Notes: generated by a model not told the origin, from the sequence alone. A stretch of DNA of 32,967 nucleotides from an uncultured Syntrophaceae bacterium (GCA_964353925.1 CAYGWV010000036.1:1-32967); one strand, 5' to 3'. Shown: positions 7,522 through 16,309, counted from the first letter of the stretch. Numbers and translations: made by a program.

Positions 7522-8919
7522 CTACCAGGAGGATTCTTCGACTGCATTCTTGGCTGCGAGGCGACCGAAAGTCATGGATACGGTGACCATGGTACAGGGT
7601 AAATAGGTCGAATCATTCCCCCAGAGACCTCCGGTTAACTCGCCAGCAGCATAGAGACCCGGGATCACCTCGCCATACTGATTGACCACTTGCATCTTGG
7701 GATTAATCTTTATACCCCCCTTGAACGAAGAAGTTGCTCCCGTGCACTTATAGCCGTAGTAGGGAGGTTTATCGAGTTTGATCGGTTTTCCTTCACAACC
7801 CTCCTGGGTCCTCCTGTCGAATTCTGAATCATACCCAAACGTATCAAGATCATGGTTATATTTTTCCACGGTCGCCTTTAACCCCGCCGGGTCGATCCCC
7901 ATCTTTTTTGCCAGATCTTCAATCGTGTCTGCTTGAACCGGCTTGGCCTTGTGCATCATTTCAGGCCGTAAGGTAGCGGTTTTCATTTTGTCGTCAATGA
8001 TTGCGAACCAAACATGCCCTGGCTGCTTCATTCCTTCTTCAGAAACCATGCCGTAAAACTTGAGTCGCATTCCCTCATCTGAAAATCTCTTGCCATCAAC
8101 GTTCACGAATAGGCCCCCAGCATATCCCACAAAATCCATGATGCCGGATTTTGATTCCACGTCGACTGCAAAAGATCCTGAGACAGCGCGGCCGATGTGG
8201 GCCGTGGCTGCACCTTGTTCCAAGGCCATTTTCAGTCCATCGCCCAGATGCCCGTGGGCCATGGTAGGAAGCCAATTGATGAAAGTAGGTCCAAATTCTG
8301 CTACCAGTTCGGGATTCCGCCCGAAACCGCCCGTAGCCAGAATCACTGCCTTCTTTGCCTTAAAGCTCTGCTCTTCCTTTTCCTTTACTTTCACTTTCAG
8401 TCCAAGAATTCTGTGCGTCTGGGGGTCGACAATCAATCTCAGTGCCCTATGCGAGAATTTTATGTCCACTCCCTTGTCCTTAGCGGCCTTCTCAAGGGTC
8501 CGAGTCATCTCTGGTCCTTTTTTCCATATCCCTCTCTTGATTCTATGTCCGGGCGGGGAGAAAAGTGCTTTTCCGAACCCCATGCCGATTTGCTGGCACC
8601 AATAATAGGTCTCAAGCTGATTGTCAGCAAATACTCTCCATAGTACAGGATCACCTTTAGCGAGTTCCACACCGTCTTTATAGTATTCATCCGGTGAGTC
8701 GTTGATCCCCAATTCTTTCTGTACATCGGTGCCGGCAAAAGCTGGCCCCACGTTGATCAGGGAAAGACTTGGGGCGGTATACGGCAATAGCTCGAGAACA
8801 CAGACTTTCGCACCTGCCTCTGCTGCCACCCATGCGGCTGGTAAACCCGCCGTGCCTGCTCCCACAACAACAATATCCGCTTCATAATCCCATTTCTTAG
8901 GCATTGATACTGGCACCAT
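7522..8919 (-). CDS. FAD-dependent oxidoreductase, flavocytochrome c/KstD/fumarate-reductase flavoprotein family (FAD_binding_2)
   Basis: DIVVVGAGTAG Rossmann motif, VILATGGF, GDGLKMA, VNVDGKRF, GGIKIN, IPGLYAAGE; ATG at 8919 follows AAGGAGG (preferred over TTG 8934); no signal peptide. Confidence 0.9.
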   Translation of the reverse strand: MVPVSMPKKWDYEADIVVVGAGTAGLPAAWVAAEAGAKVCVLELLPYTAPSLSLINVGPAFAGTDVQKELGINDSPDEYYKDGVELAKGDPVLWRVFADNQLETYYWCQQIGMGFGKALFSPPGHRIKRGIWKKGPEMTRTLEKAAKDKGVDIKFSHRALRLIVDPQTHRILGLKVKVKEKEEQSFKAKKAVILATGGFGRNPELVAEFGPTFINWLPTMAHGHLGDGLKMALEQGAATAHIGRAVSGSFAVDVESKSGIMDFVGYAGGLFVNVDGKRFSDEGMRLKFYGMVSEEGMKQPGHVWFAIIDDKMKTATLRPEMMHKAKPVQADTIEDLAKKMGIDPAGLKATVEKYNHDLDTFGYDSEFDRRTQEGCEGKPIKLDKPPYYGYKCTGATSSFKGGIKINPKMQVVNQYGEVIPGLYAAGELTGGLWGNDSTYLPCTMVTVSMTFGRLAAKNAVEESSW

Positions 8920-9141
8920 TTTAACCTCCTTCAATTGTTATTCTATGGTTAATAGTTAACATCGTAATAGAAGCCAATACTTGATCCGCCCCTTGCCGTT
9001 CTAAAAAGAGGGGATTAGGTTCTCTCCTGTCTACTTCTTCGCTTTTGGCAAGAACAAGGCGATCTGTGGAAAAGCAATTAATCTGGCTACGCATAGCGTC
9101 TTGGCAGGCACAAGATCAATTCTTGATAACCTAAATTTATC

Positions 9142-9157
9142 TACTGACCGGTTGGTA
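9142..9157. promoter_or_regulatory. Putative TetR-family operator
   Basis: TACTGACCGGTTGGTA imperfect palindrome centred on ACCGGT, immediately downstream of the putative promoter of the catabolic cluster. Confidence 0.55.
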
Positions 9158-9162
9158 AAAAA

Positions 9163-9190
9163 ACTATCATAAAAAAAAATGGATTGTCAA
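9163..9190 (-). promoter_or_regulatory. Putative sigma70 promoter of the catabolic cluster
   Basis: TTGACA-16 nt-GATAGT on the minus strand. Confidence 0.45.
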
Positions 9191-9525
9191 GCCTTTTTTT
9201 AGAATGCTCACATCTATCCTTAATCTATTGATTTAAAAAGATATTATTGATTTGCTTCTTATAATAGAGTGTCAAAAGGTCTATTTTCCCCTACTTATTT
9301 CCTTTGGATTGGAACAAGGCGTTTAGCGGAAAGGCTCCCATTGGAGCGACCCATGCCGCCATCTCTATCAAAAAGAGGCAACGCCTCTTGGAATCTTAGA
9401 AGAGAATATTTTTTGCGATACCCATCAAGACCTAATCTTTCGAAGTTAACACCCCCCCCTTGAAGGCGAGGGGTTCTTTAGCCTTTTGTCGGCTTGAATT
9501 CGGCCCTACCCTTTCTTTAATACCG

Positions 9526-9554
9526 TTGACAACTTATTGAGTAGATGCTAATTT
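9526..9554 (+). promoter_or_regulatory. Putative sigma70 promoter
   Basis: TTGACA-17 nt-TAATTT with extended -10 TG. Confidence 0.55.
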
Positions 9555-9603
9555 CTAAATCATCCTGCTCAGGAATTCCGGATTTTCAGAATGGAGGAGA
9601 ATC

Positions 9604-9915
9604 ATGGCCATTTTAGAAATCAGCGTCGTACCCATTGGCACCGGCGATACAAGCCTCAGTGCTTATGTGGCGGATTGCCTTCAGATGTTGAAGAAAGAAA
9701 AGGTACGTTACGAACTCTCATCCATGGGAACAAACATTGAGGGAGATCTTAAAGACTTATTCAAAATCGCCCTCACCATGCATCAGGTCCCCTTTAAGAA
9801 AGGAGCGAGACGAGTCGTAACCACGATGAAGATCGATGACCGTAGAGATAAGAAAGGCACTCTAGAAGGGAAAAAGAAGGCGGTCGAGAATAAATTGAGA
9901 AAAAAGGGTAATTAA
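9604..9915 (+). CDS. MTH1187/YkoF-like thiamine-binding protein (DUF77)
   Basis: EISVVPIGTG.TSLSAYVA, YELSSMGTNIEG, RVVTTMKIDDR.DK; GGAGG RBS. Confidence 0.9.
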   Translation: MAILEISVVPIGTGDTSLSAYVADCLQMLKKEKVRYELSSMGTNIEGDLKDLFKIALTMHQVPFKKGARRVVTTMKIDDRRDKKGTLEGKKKAVENKLRKKGN

Positions 9916-9950
9916 TTTTGAGTTTTGAGTTTTGAGTTATGTGTTATGAG
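9916..9950. repeat. Heptamer tandem repeat (TTTTGAG)n
   Basis: TTTTGAG x3 then TTATGTG, TTATGAG directly after the stop codon. Confidence 0.75.
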
Positions 9951-10019
9951 TCATGCATTGTGCTGACTTTCCTATTCGCCTCGTTAACCTGGAGTAACCC
10001 TTAAATTTAGGAGGTTTTC

Positions 10020-10676
10020 ATGAAGGTCAAGTGGTACGGGCATGCAGCTTTTCTGATCACATCCGATCAGGAGACTAAAATCATAATAGACCCCTACGAA
10101 CCCGGGGCTTTTGGTGGCCAACTTTCTTACGGGAAAATAAAGGACCAGGCCGATATCGTTTTAACCAGTCATGACCACGCCGATCACAATTATACCCAGG
10201 ATCTTCCCGGAACTCCCCAGGTCGTAAAAGGAAGCGGTTCCAAAACAATAAAAGGAATTTCGATGAAGGGCATTTCGACCTATCACGACCCTTCTAAGGG
10301 GAGCGAACGAGGTGCCAACACCATCTTCACAATCAAGATCAATAATATTCAACTCTGTCACCTTGGAGACCTGGGCCATTTGCTGAGCGACAAGGAATTG
10401 GCTGAGATCGGTCCGGTGGACATTCTGCTGATTCCTGTAGGTGGTTTTTTTACCATCGACCCAAAAGAAGCGACCCGTGTCGCGGAACAGCTAAAGCCGA
10501 GAATCCTCATCCCCATGCATTTCAAGACGGAGAAATGTGGTTTTTCGATCGCACCCGTGGAAGACTTCTTGAAAGGCAAAACAAACATAAAGCGACCCAA
10601 GGCGAGTGAAACCACTTTCGACAAGGCGACCCTTCCTCTGCAGATGGAGATCGTGGTCTTAGAACACGCCCTGTGA
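10020..10676 (+). CDS. Metallo-beta-lactamase fold hydrolase (Lactamase_B_3/UlaG-like)
   Basis: WYGHAAF, IDPY, SHDHADH, HLGDLGH, IPVGG, IPMHF; AGGAGG RBS. Confidence 0.92.
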   Translation: MKVKWYGHAAFLITSDQETKIIIDPYEPGAFGGQLSYGKIKDQADIVLTSHDHADHNYTQDLPGTPQVVKGSGSKTIKGISMKGISTYHDPSKGSERGANTIFTIKINNIQLCHLGDLGHLLSDKELAEIGPVDILLIPVGGFFTIDPKEATRVAEQLKPRILIPMHFKTEKCGFSIAPVEDFLKGKTNIKRPKASETTFDKATLPLQMEIVVLEHAL

Positions 10677-10677
10677 A

Positions 10678-10785
10678 CCTCGTTAGGAAAGGGTGAGGCT
10701 TAAACCCTTGCCCTTTCTTGGGATTGAGATAAGGATAGGGATTATTATTCAATCTTACTCAAAGGGATCAGGTTTTCTAACGGGG
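10678..10785. mobile_element. MITE-like element, TIR CCYCGTTAGRAAA, flanked by 4-bp direct repeat TGAA
   Basis: TGAA|CCTCGTTAGGAAA...TTTTCTAACGGGG|TGAA; same TIR family as 1605-1699. Confidence 0.72.
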
Positions 10786-10793
10786 TGAAGCAT

Positions 10794-11336
10794 ATGGAAG
10801 GATATCGTCTCAATCCACTGCTCTCTCAGGAGCAGATCGCTTCCATCGTCCAACATCTGGCCGATCAAATCTCGAAGGATTATGGCGGAAGAGAATTGGT
10901 TTTGGTCTGTATCCTGAAAGGGGCCTTCATGTTTCTTTCCGATCTGGTCCGACATCTCAAGGTCCCCGTCAAAATTGATTTTGTCCGCCTGGTCAGCTAT
11001 GGTTCCGGGATGGAAACTTCCGGCATCATCGAAATCACCAAGGATATTGAGATCCCCATTGAAGGAAGGGATGTTCTCATTATCGAGGACATCATCGATA
11101 GCGGCCGGACCCTCCAATTCTTAAAGGATCGTCTCTCCCTTGCAAACCCTCTCTCTGTAAAGACATGCGCCCTTTTAGATAAGAAAGCTCGTAGAGAGGT
11201 TGAGATGGAGGCGGATTATCTTGGAACCGAAGTAGAGGACGTCTTTATCGTAGGTTACGGGATTGACTTCAATGAGGACTATCGCCATTTACCCGAGGTT
11301 TATTATGTTACTTCCATCGATCGCCCCAAAAAATAG
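10794..11336 (+). CDS. hpt: Hypoxanthine phosphoribosyltransferase
   Basis: CILKGAFMFLSDL, PRPP-binding VLIIEDIIDSGRTL, LLDK, FIVGYGID..E.YR.LP; ATG 10794 preferred over GTG 10785, which overlaps the MITE end. Confidence 0.95.
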   Translation: MEGYRLNPLLSQEQIASIVQHLADQISKDYGGRELVLVCILKGAFMFLSDLVRHLKVPVKIDFVRLVSYGSGMETSGIIEITKDIEIPIEGRDVLIIEDIIDSGRTLQFLKDRLSLANPLSVKTCALLDKKARREVEMEADYLGTEVEDVFIVGYGIDFNEDYRHLPEVYYVTSIDRPKK

Positions 11337-13077
11337 AGGATGGAAGTTTGTCCTCGCCCTCCTTTTCTTGCTCTTCTTGCAAGGCCCTTCCTTCGCTCAG
11401 CCCCAACCCGACGATTCAGTTCTCTTCAGAGAAGGAGAAATCCTTCTTTCAAAAGGCGAAACAGAAAAGGCACTTTGGCGTTTTAAGAGCTTGACCACCG
11501 AATTTCCTCAAAGTCCTCTCTTTAATGAAACCAAATTCAGGATGGCGATATGTTATACCCGACTCAAAAGACCTCAAGATGCCATTCGTATTCTGAACGA
11601 ACTCTTTACTACCTTCCTTTCCTCATCCAGAATGGTCCAAATCTTCACTCTGTTGGGAGACAACTACCTTGAATTAAAGGAGCGGCTCACGGCCCTCCAT
11701 TGGTATGGCAAGGGTCTTCTCGTTCCTGGTCCACCCAATGAGGAACTGAGGAAGAAGGTGAAATCCATCCTGGATGCCTCTCATACAGAAGAAGAATTAA
11801 AGTCCATTGAATCCCTCTACCGCGGAGCCTATGCAGGAGGGTATGCCAAATTAAGGTTGGCCCAGATAGCGAAGGGTCAAGGAAACGATCCGCTCGCAAA
11901 AAGATATTTAGCAGAATTAGAAAAAGAATATCGAGTCATGGACTATATGGCCCAGGCAAGAGGGCTCTTTGAAACCGTTTCTCCTTCCATCAGATCCAAA
12001 TATGTCGTGGGGGTCATTCTCCCTTTAACCGGAATTCATGGTCCCTTTGGAGAAAGAGCCCTCCAGGGAATCCGATCGGCCATCAAAGAAACGGATTCCC
12101 CTCTTGTCTCACTGGCCATCCGGGATTCCAAGGGGGAGCCAGAAGAGGCAGAGAAGGCAGTTGAGGAGCTGGTGAACGTGGAAAAAGTAATCGCTATCAT
12201 CGGACCCCTTCTCAGTATCGATGTGGATAGTGCAGCAAAAAAGGCCCGGGAGTTAAGAGTCCCCCTTCTCACCCTGTCACAAAAGGAGCTCCCTGCCGGC
12301 AAGGGGGATTTCGTTTTCCAAAATTCCCTCACTCCTCCTGAGCAGATCCAGAGCCTTGCTCACTTTGCCGTTAAAGAATTGGAGCTTCGCACCTTCGCCA
12401 TCTTTTATCCAAACTCCCCTTACGGACTTTATTTCAAAAACCTGTTCAACCAAGAAATAACGCGAAGAGGTGGAAAATTATTGGGATCCGTTGTTTATCA
12501 AGAGGGTCAGACAGATTTCAGTCAGGAGATCAAAGGGTTCTTCAAGGTCAGGGTCCTTTCAAAACCCGACGCCAAGAAAAAGAAAGAGGATGAGTTCAAA
12601 CCCCTTCTTTTTGTCGATGGAATTTTCATCCCTGATACCCATGATCGCGTGGGCATGATCCTTTCCCAGATGGCTTTTTTCGATGTAAAAGCAGCTTTTC
12701 TAGGAACCAATTTATGGAACGGCCCAGGCTTGATTTCTATCGGCGGGAAAGCAGCTGAAGGAGCGATCTTTGTCGATACCTTTCTTGCAAAAGACCCCTC
12801 CTCTTCGGTTGCCCGATTCGTAGAGGAATTCCGAAAATCATTCCAACGGGATCCCGAAACCCTCGAAGCCCTGAGTTACGATGGGGCGAAACTTATAAAA
12901 GAAATCCTTCAATCCAAATCGATCTCCTCTCCTCTTCAGATGCAAGAAGAACTCCGACAGGTGAAAAGTTTTCAGGGAGTCACTGGCTTAAAGGGTTTCG
13001 GAGAAGATGGGAAATCAATTCGGACTCTTTCCATCCTGGCGGTCAAAAAAGGCCAAATTGAAAAAATTTCTCCCTGA
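11305..13077 (+). CDS. Exported TPR + periplasmic-binding-fold protein (LpoA/LppC-like penicillin-binding protein activator)
   Basis: Sec signal (KFVLALLFLLFLQGPSFA), TPR-like N-domain, VGVILPLTG, IIGPLLS, YDGA, FQGVTG; start at ATG 11305 after GAGG. Confidence 0.75.
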   Translation: MLLPSIAPKNRGWKFVLALLFLLFLQGPSFAQPQPDDSVLFREGEILLSKGETEKALWRFKSLTTEFPQSPLFNETKFRMAICYTRLKRPQDAIRILNELFTTFLSSSRMVQIFTLLGDNYLELKERLTALHWYGKGLLVPGPPNEELRKKVKSILDASHTEEELKSIESLYRGAYAGGYAKLRLAQIAKGQGNDPLAKRYLAELEKEYRVMDYMAQARGLFETVSPSIRSKYVVGVILPLTGIHGPFGERALQGIRSAIKETDSPLVSLAIRDSKGEPEEAEKAVEELVNVEKVIAIIGPLLSIDVDSAAKKARELRVPLLTLSQKELPAGKGDFVFQNSLTPPEQIQSLAHFAVKELELRTFAIFYPNSPYGLYFKNLFNQEITRRGGKLLGSVVYQEGQTDFSQEIKGFFKVRVLSKPDAKKKKEDEFKPLLFVDGIFIPDTHDRVGMILSQMAFFDVKAAFLGTNLWNGPGLISIGGKAAEGAIFVDTFLAKDPSSSVARFVEEFRKSFQRDPETLEALSYDGAKLIKEILQSKSISSPLQMQEELRQVKSFQGVTGLKGFGEDGKSIRTLSILAVKKGQIEKISP

Positions 13078-13087
13078 TAACTATACA

Positions 13088-13116
13088 ATCCCCCTCCCAC
13101 TGAGGGAGGGGAGGAA
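13088..13116. repeat. CCCCTCCC...GGGAGGGG short palindrome (REP-like/terminator)
   Basis: TCCCCCTCCCactgaGGGAGGGGAGGA; related C-rich/G-rich palindrome at about 2170-2195. Confidence 0.5.
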
Positions 13117-13125
13117 TTTTGAATA

Positions 13126-13860
13126 ATGAAACCACTCCATCTCTGGAACGTCAGCGTGGAGGAAGCCATTCAGATTCAGCACGCTTTGAAAGATCGAATC
13201 ATCCTGAAGAAAACATTTTCAGAAGTAAGAACCATTGGAGGAGGAGATGTGGCCTATTCACAAAATGGGAATCTTCTCTTCGGTGCGATTGTCGTTCTCT
13301 CATTCCCCGAAATGGAAATCCTCGATACGGCCACGGCTGATGGAAAGATCCCCTTCCCCTATATCCCAAGCCTTTTAAGCTTTCGAGAAGGCCCGATTCT
13401 GATCAAAACCTTTCAGAGGCTAAGATTAAAACCCGATATGATGATTTATGATGGTCAAGGTATTGCCCATCCCAGAGGAATGGGGCTTGCCTCACACATG
13501 GGCTTATGGCTCGACCTTCCGTCGGTTGGTTGTGCCAAGACTCCTTTGTTACAAGAATTTATCTCCCCAGGCCCCTCAAGGGGAAGTTTTGAATGGATTC
13601 GAAAGGAAAAGAAAAAAGTGGGTGCTGTTCTTAGGACCAAAGAAAACGTAAAACCTCTTTTCATCTCACCCGGTCATCGCATCGATTTTTCGACGAGCAA
13701 TCAATTCATTCTCGAAAGCTGCAGAGGATTTCGTTTTCCCGAACCCCTAAGAAAAGCCCACCAACTTGCAGAGCGCGTAGGGCATGGAGCATGGCGCAAA
13801 CCAAAAGCAGAAAACTCATCGTCATTGCGAGCCCGAAGGGAGCGGCAATCTCATGGATGA
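13126..13860 (+). CDS. nfi: Endonuclease V (deoxyinosine 3'-endonuclease)
   Basis: GGDVAY, FPYIPSLLSFREGP, DGQGIAHPR.MGLASH, GCAK, PLFISPGHR, PEPLR.AH; extra C-terminal tail derived from repeats. Confidence 0.95.
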   Translation: MKPLHLWNVSVEEAIQIQHALKDRIILKKTFSEVRTIGGGDVAYSQNGNLLFGAIVVLSFPEMEILDTATADGKIPFPYIPSLLSFREGPILIKTFQRLRLKPDMMIYDGQGIAHPRGMGLASHMGLWLDLPSVGCAKTPLLQEFISPGPSRGSFEWIRKEKKKVGAVLRTKENVKPLFISPGHRIDFSTSNQFILESCRGFRFPEPLRKAHQLAERVGHGAWRKPKAENSSSLRARRERQSHG

Positions 13861-14002
13861 CCAATACTCATCGTCCTGTTTCGGCAAGCACCATTCCAAT
13901 GGCATTTTAGTGGTACTGTCGATAATATTAAGAGTTCATGATGTGTTCAGATGCTGAACCGAGCCTGCCCTAAAGAGATTCTGAACCAAGTTCAGAATGA
14001 CA
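13771..14002. repeat. Cluster of heptamer and GTCAT/ATGAC-type REP-like repeats
   Basis: AGAGCGC/AGGGCAT/GGAGCAT heptamers; GTCATTGCGAG...GCAATCTC (13821-13852); GATGCTGAA...GAGATTCTGAACCAAGTTCAGAATGAC (about 13949-14002). Confidence 0.6.
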
Positions 14003-14062
14003 TTTTCAACATAGAGGCTGCACATTATAGAACCTTGGAAAAGAAGAAAGGAGGATTGTAAA

Positions 14063-14761
14063 ATGATCGGAAAGACCGAGATGGGTCGGCGGAGCTTCTT
14101 AATCTTGGCCGGTGGAGCCATCAGTGCATGGACGCTGTCTAACGATAAGGTGATTGCGCAGGAAACCCGACAGCCGGCAGTAGAATTCAATAAATCGAGT
14201 TATGAAAAGGATGGGAAGATGAAGAACAGATTATTAATAGCTTATGGTAGCCGGTGCGGGTCTACGGGTGGAGTGGCTGAGACGATTGGGCAGGTATTGT
14301 CTGTAGCAGGAGCAGCCGTGGATGTACGCCTTGTGAAGAATGTGGATGATCTCAGTCCTTATCAGAGCGTGATTGTAGGGAGTGCCATTCGTATGGGTAA
14401 GTGGTTGCCCGAGGCTGTGGAGTTCTTAAAGGCACACCAGGACACACTGAGTCGGGTACCTGTGGCTTACTTTACCGTCTGTCTGACCATGAAGGATGAT
14501 ACGGCGGAGAACCGGCGCAAGGCATTGGGTTATCTGGATCCGGTGCGCAAGCAATTTCCACAGGTAAAGCCAGCGGACATTGGTCTCTTTGCAGGGGCGG
14601 TAGACTACAAAAAGCTGTCCTTTGCTTATAGCTTGATATTGAAGGTGAAGGGGGCCCCTGAAGGGGATTTCCGCAATTGGGAGGCCATCCGAACCTGGGC
14701 TACTGGCATCCGCCCGGCGCTGGACGACGGTAAATGGGGTCGGTTCAAGGCAAGTAATTGA
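14063..14761 (+). CDS. Flavodoxin-fold protein (HemG/Flavodoxin_5-like) with twin-arginine signal peptide
   Basis: GRRSFL followed by hydrophobic ILAGGAISAW and VIA-Q; FMN loop YGSRCGST, VGSAIRMG, FAGAVD, GDFRNWEAIRTWA; AAGGAGG RBS before ATG 14063. Confidence 0.85.
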   Translation: MIGKTEMGRRSFLILAGGAISAWTLSNDKVIAQETRQPAVEFNKSSYEKDGKMKNRLLIAYGSRCGSTGGVAETIGQVLSVAGAAVDVRLVKNVDDLSPYQSVIVGSAIRMGKWLPEAVEFLKAHQDTLSRVPVAYFTVCLTMKDDTAENRRKALGYLDPVRKQFPQVKPADIGLFAGAVDYKKLSFAYSLILKVKGAPEGDFRNWEAIRTWATGIRPALDDGKWGRFKASN

Positions 14762-14908
14762 ATGTTCAAATCAATGTTGGAGAAAAACCGAAGGGTCGGC
14801 CCTTGACACGGGACAAATTGAGCAATTGATTGAAAAGAATATTTTACACGCAACGGCAGATTATACAGCCAAAAGATTGACATTCAAATGCTACGTACTT
14901 TTTTTGCC

Positions 14909-16051
14909 TTATTTATAACGCTCCACATATCTTCCCAACCTGTTCATCCCTTCCTCAATATTCTCCAAAGAATTGGCGTAGCAAAATCGTAGATATCCTT
15001 CTGCATTCGTCCCAAAATCGATGCCGGGTGCCACGGCAACCTTTGCCTCTTGTAGAATATCGAAGGCAAAGCGATAAGAATCTTTAGAAAACCTCTTGGC
15101 ATTGGCCAGGATGTAAAAGGCTCCTGTGGGCTCTACCGTGATTCCAAACCCCAACGCTCTCAGCTTTGGAATCAGAAAACGCCTTCGTCGGTCGTAGGTT
15201 TCCCTCATCTTTTGAACATCCTTTTCGGTCTCCTTCAGGCCGGCCACGGCGCCCCATTGGGCAAAAGAACTTGCCGAGATGAAGAGATTCTGCTGGATTT
15301 TTTGCATGGGCCGCATGAACTCTTTCGGCGCAATCACATACCCCAGCCTCCATCCGGTCATCGCATAGAGTTTTGAAAACCCGTTGATGACAAAAGCGCG
15401 ATCCGTGAATTCGAGAATGGTATGAACCTCCCCTTCATAGACCAGTCCATGATAGATTTCATCAGAGATGATGAAAGGAGGCAATTTTGCAATCGCCTCC
15501 ATCCTCTCCGCAGGCATCACATTTCCGGTGGGGTTGGAAGGTGAATTGATCATGATCCCTTTCACGCTTGGGCTCAGTTTCTCCTCGATCATCTCAGGAA
15601 GATACTGGAAGCCTTCTTCTTCCAACACCTGGACAAATACAGGAGATCCGTCAACAAACCGAATGATATTGGGATAACATGGATAGTAAGGATTGGAGAG
15701 GATGACTTCGTCGCCGCGTTCCAACAGGGCAGAGAAGAGGAGAAGCATGGCTGGGGAGGTTCCTGAAGCAACCAGAATCTGGTCCGGTGAAACCTTCACC
15801 CGATATTTCTTCCAGTAATCCTCGGCAATCGCCTCCCTCAGCTCGATCAAACCCAGGCTGTGCGTGTAATGGGTCTTTCCGTCACAGATCGCACGGTAAC
15901 CGGCTTCACTGATGCATTCCGGAGTGTCGAAATCCGGCTCCCCCACTTCGAGATGGATGATATGCTCCCCGCTTCTCTCCAGTTCTTGAGCTTTCTCCAG
16001 AACATCCATCACAATGAAAGGAGGAATCTCCTGAGCCTTCTTTGAAATCAT
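14909..16051 (-). CDS. PLP-dependent aminotransferase class I/II (aspartate aminotransferase-like)
   Basis: LEVGEPDF, NSPSNPTG, SDEIYHGL, GFSKLYAMTGWRLG; ATG 16051 after GGAG preferred over 16072. Confidence 0.93.
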   Translation of the reverse strand: MISKKAQEIPPFIVMDVLEKAQELERSGEHIIHLEVGEPDFDTPECISEAGYRAICDGKTHYTHSLGLIELREAIAEDYWKKYRVKVSPDQILVASGTSPAMLLLFSALLERGDEVILSNPYYPCYPNIIRFVDGSPVFVQVLEEEGFQYLPEMIEEKLSPSVKGIMINSPSNPTGNVMPAERMEAIAKLPPFIISDEIYHGLVYEGEVHTILEFTDRAFVINGFSKLYAMTGWRLGYVIAPKEFMRPMQKIQQNLFISASSFAQWGAVAGLKETEKDVQKMRETYDRRRRFLIPKLRALGFGITVEPTGAFYILANAKRFSKDSYRFAFDILQEAKVAVAPGIDFGTNAEGYLRFCYANSLENIEEGMNRLGRYVERYK

Positions 16052-16155
16052 TCTGCACTCCCAAAGCGGCATATGGCTATTGGTTTATCGCAAATAGCAA
16101 AAAACCATATTCTATCGTTTCGCGTATGAAGCTTCTTTACATTCATACTGATACC

Positions 16156-16242
16156 GTCATTCCCGCCCCGATTTTCATCGGGCTAAACTCTAGCGGGAAT
16201 CCGGCCCCAAAAGACTGGATTCCGGATCAAGTCCGGAATGAC
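16156..16242. repeat. GTCAT-type REP doublet flanked by heptamer arrays
   Basis: GTCATTCCCGC...GCGGGAATCC and GGATTCCGGATCAAGTCCGGAATGAC; heptamer-like arrays at about 16072-16100 and 16281-16312. Confidence 0.7.
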
Positions 16243-16309
16243 AACCAAAAGAAAGAGACTACTGAGACACTCTACTACATGCCATAAGCCATCGGCTATA
16301 TGCTATAGG

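Noticed and set aside
7727-7750. TGAT flavinylation-like motif (KCTGATSS) in the flavoprotein
   Set aside because: Lacks the upstream Asp and aligns to the strand preceding the active-site GG motif of the fold; probably coincidental
9269-9463. 64-aa ORF or riboswitch in the divergent intergenic region
   Set aside because: No RBS or recognisable domain; overlaps repeat-like sequence shared with 25257-25300; no riboswitch consensus recognised
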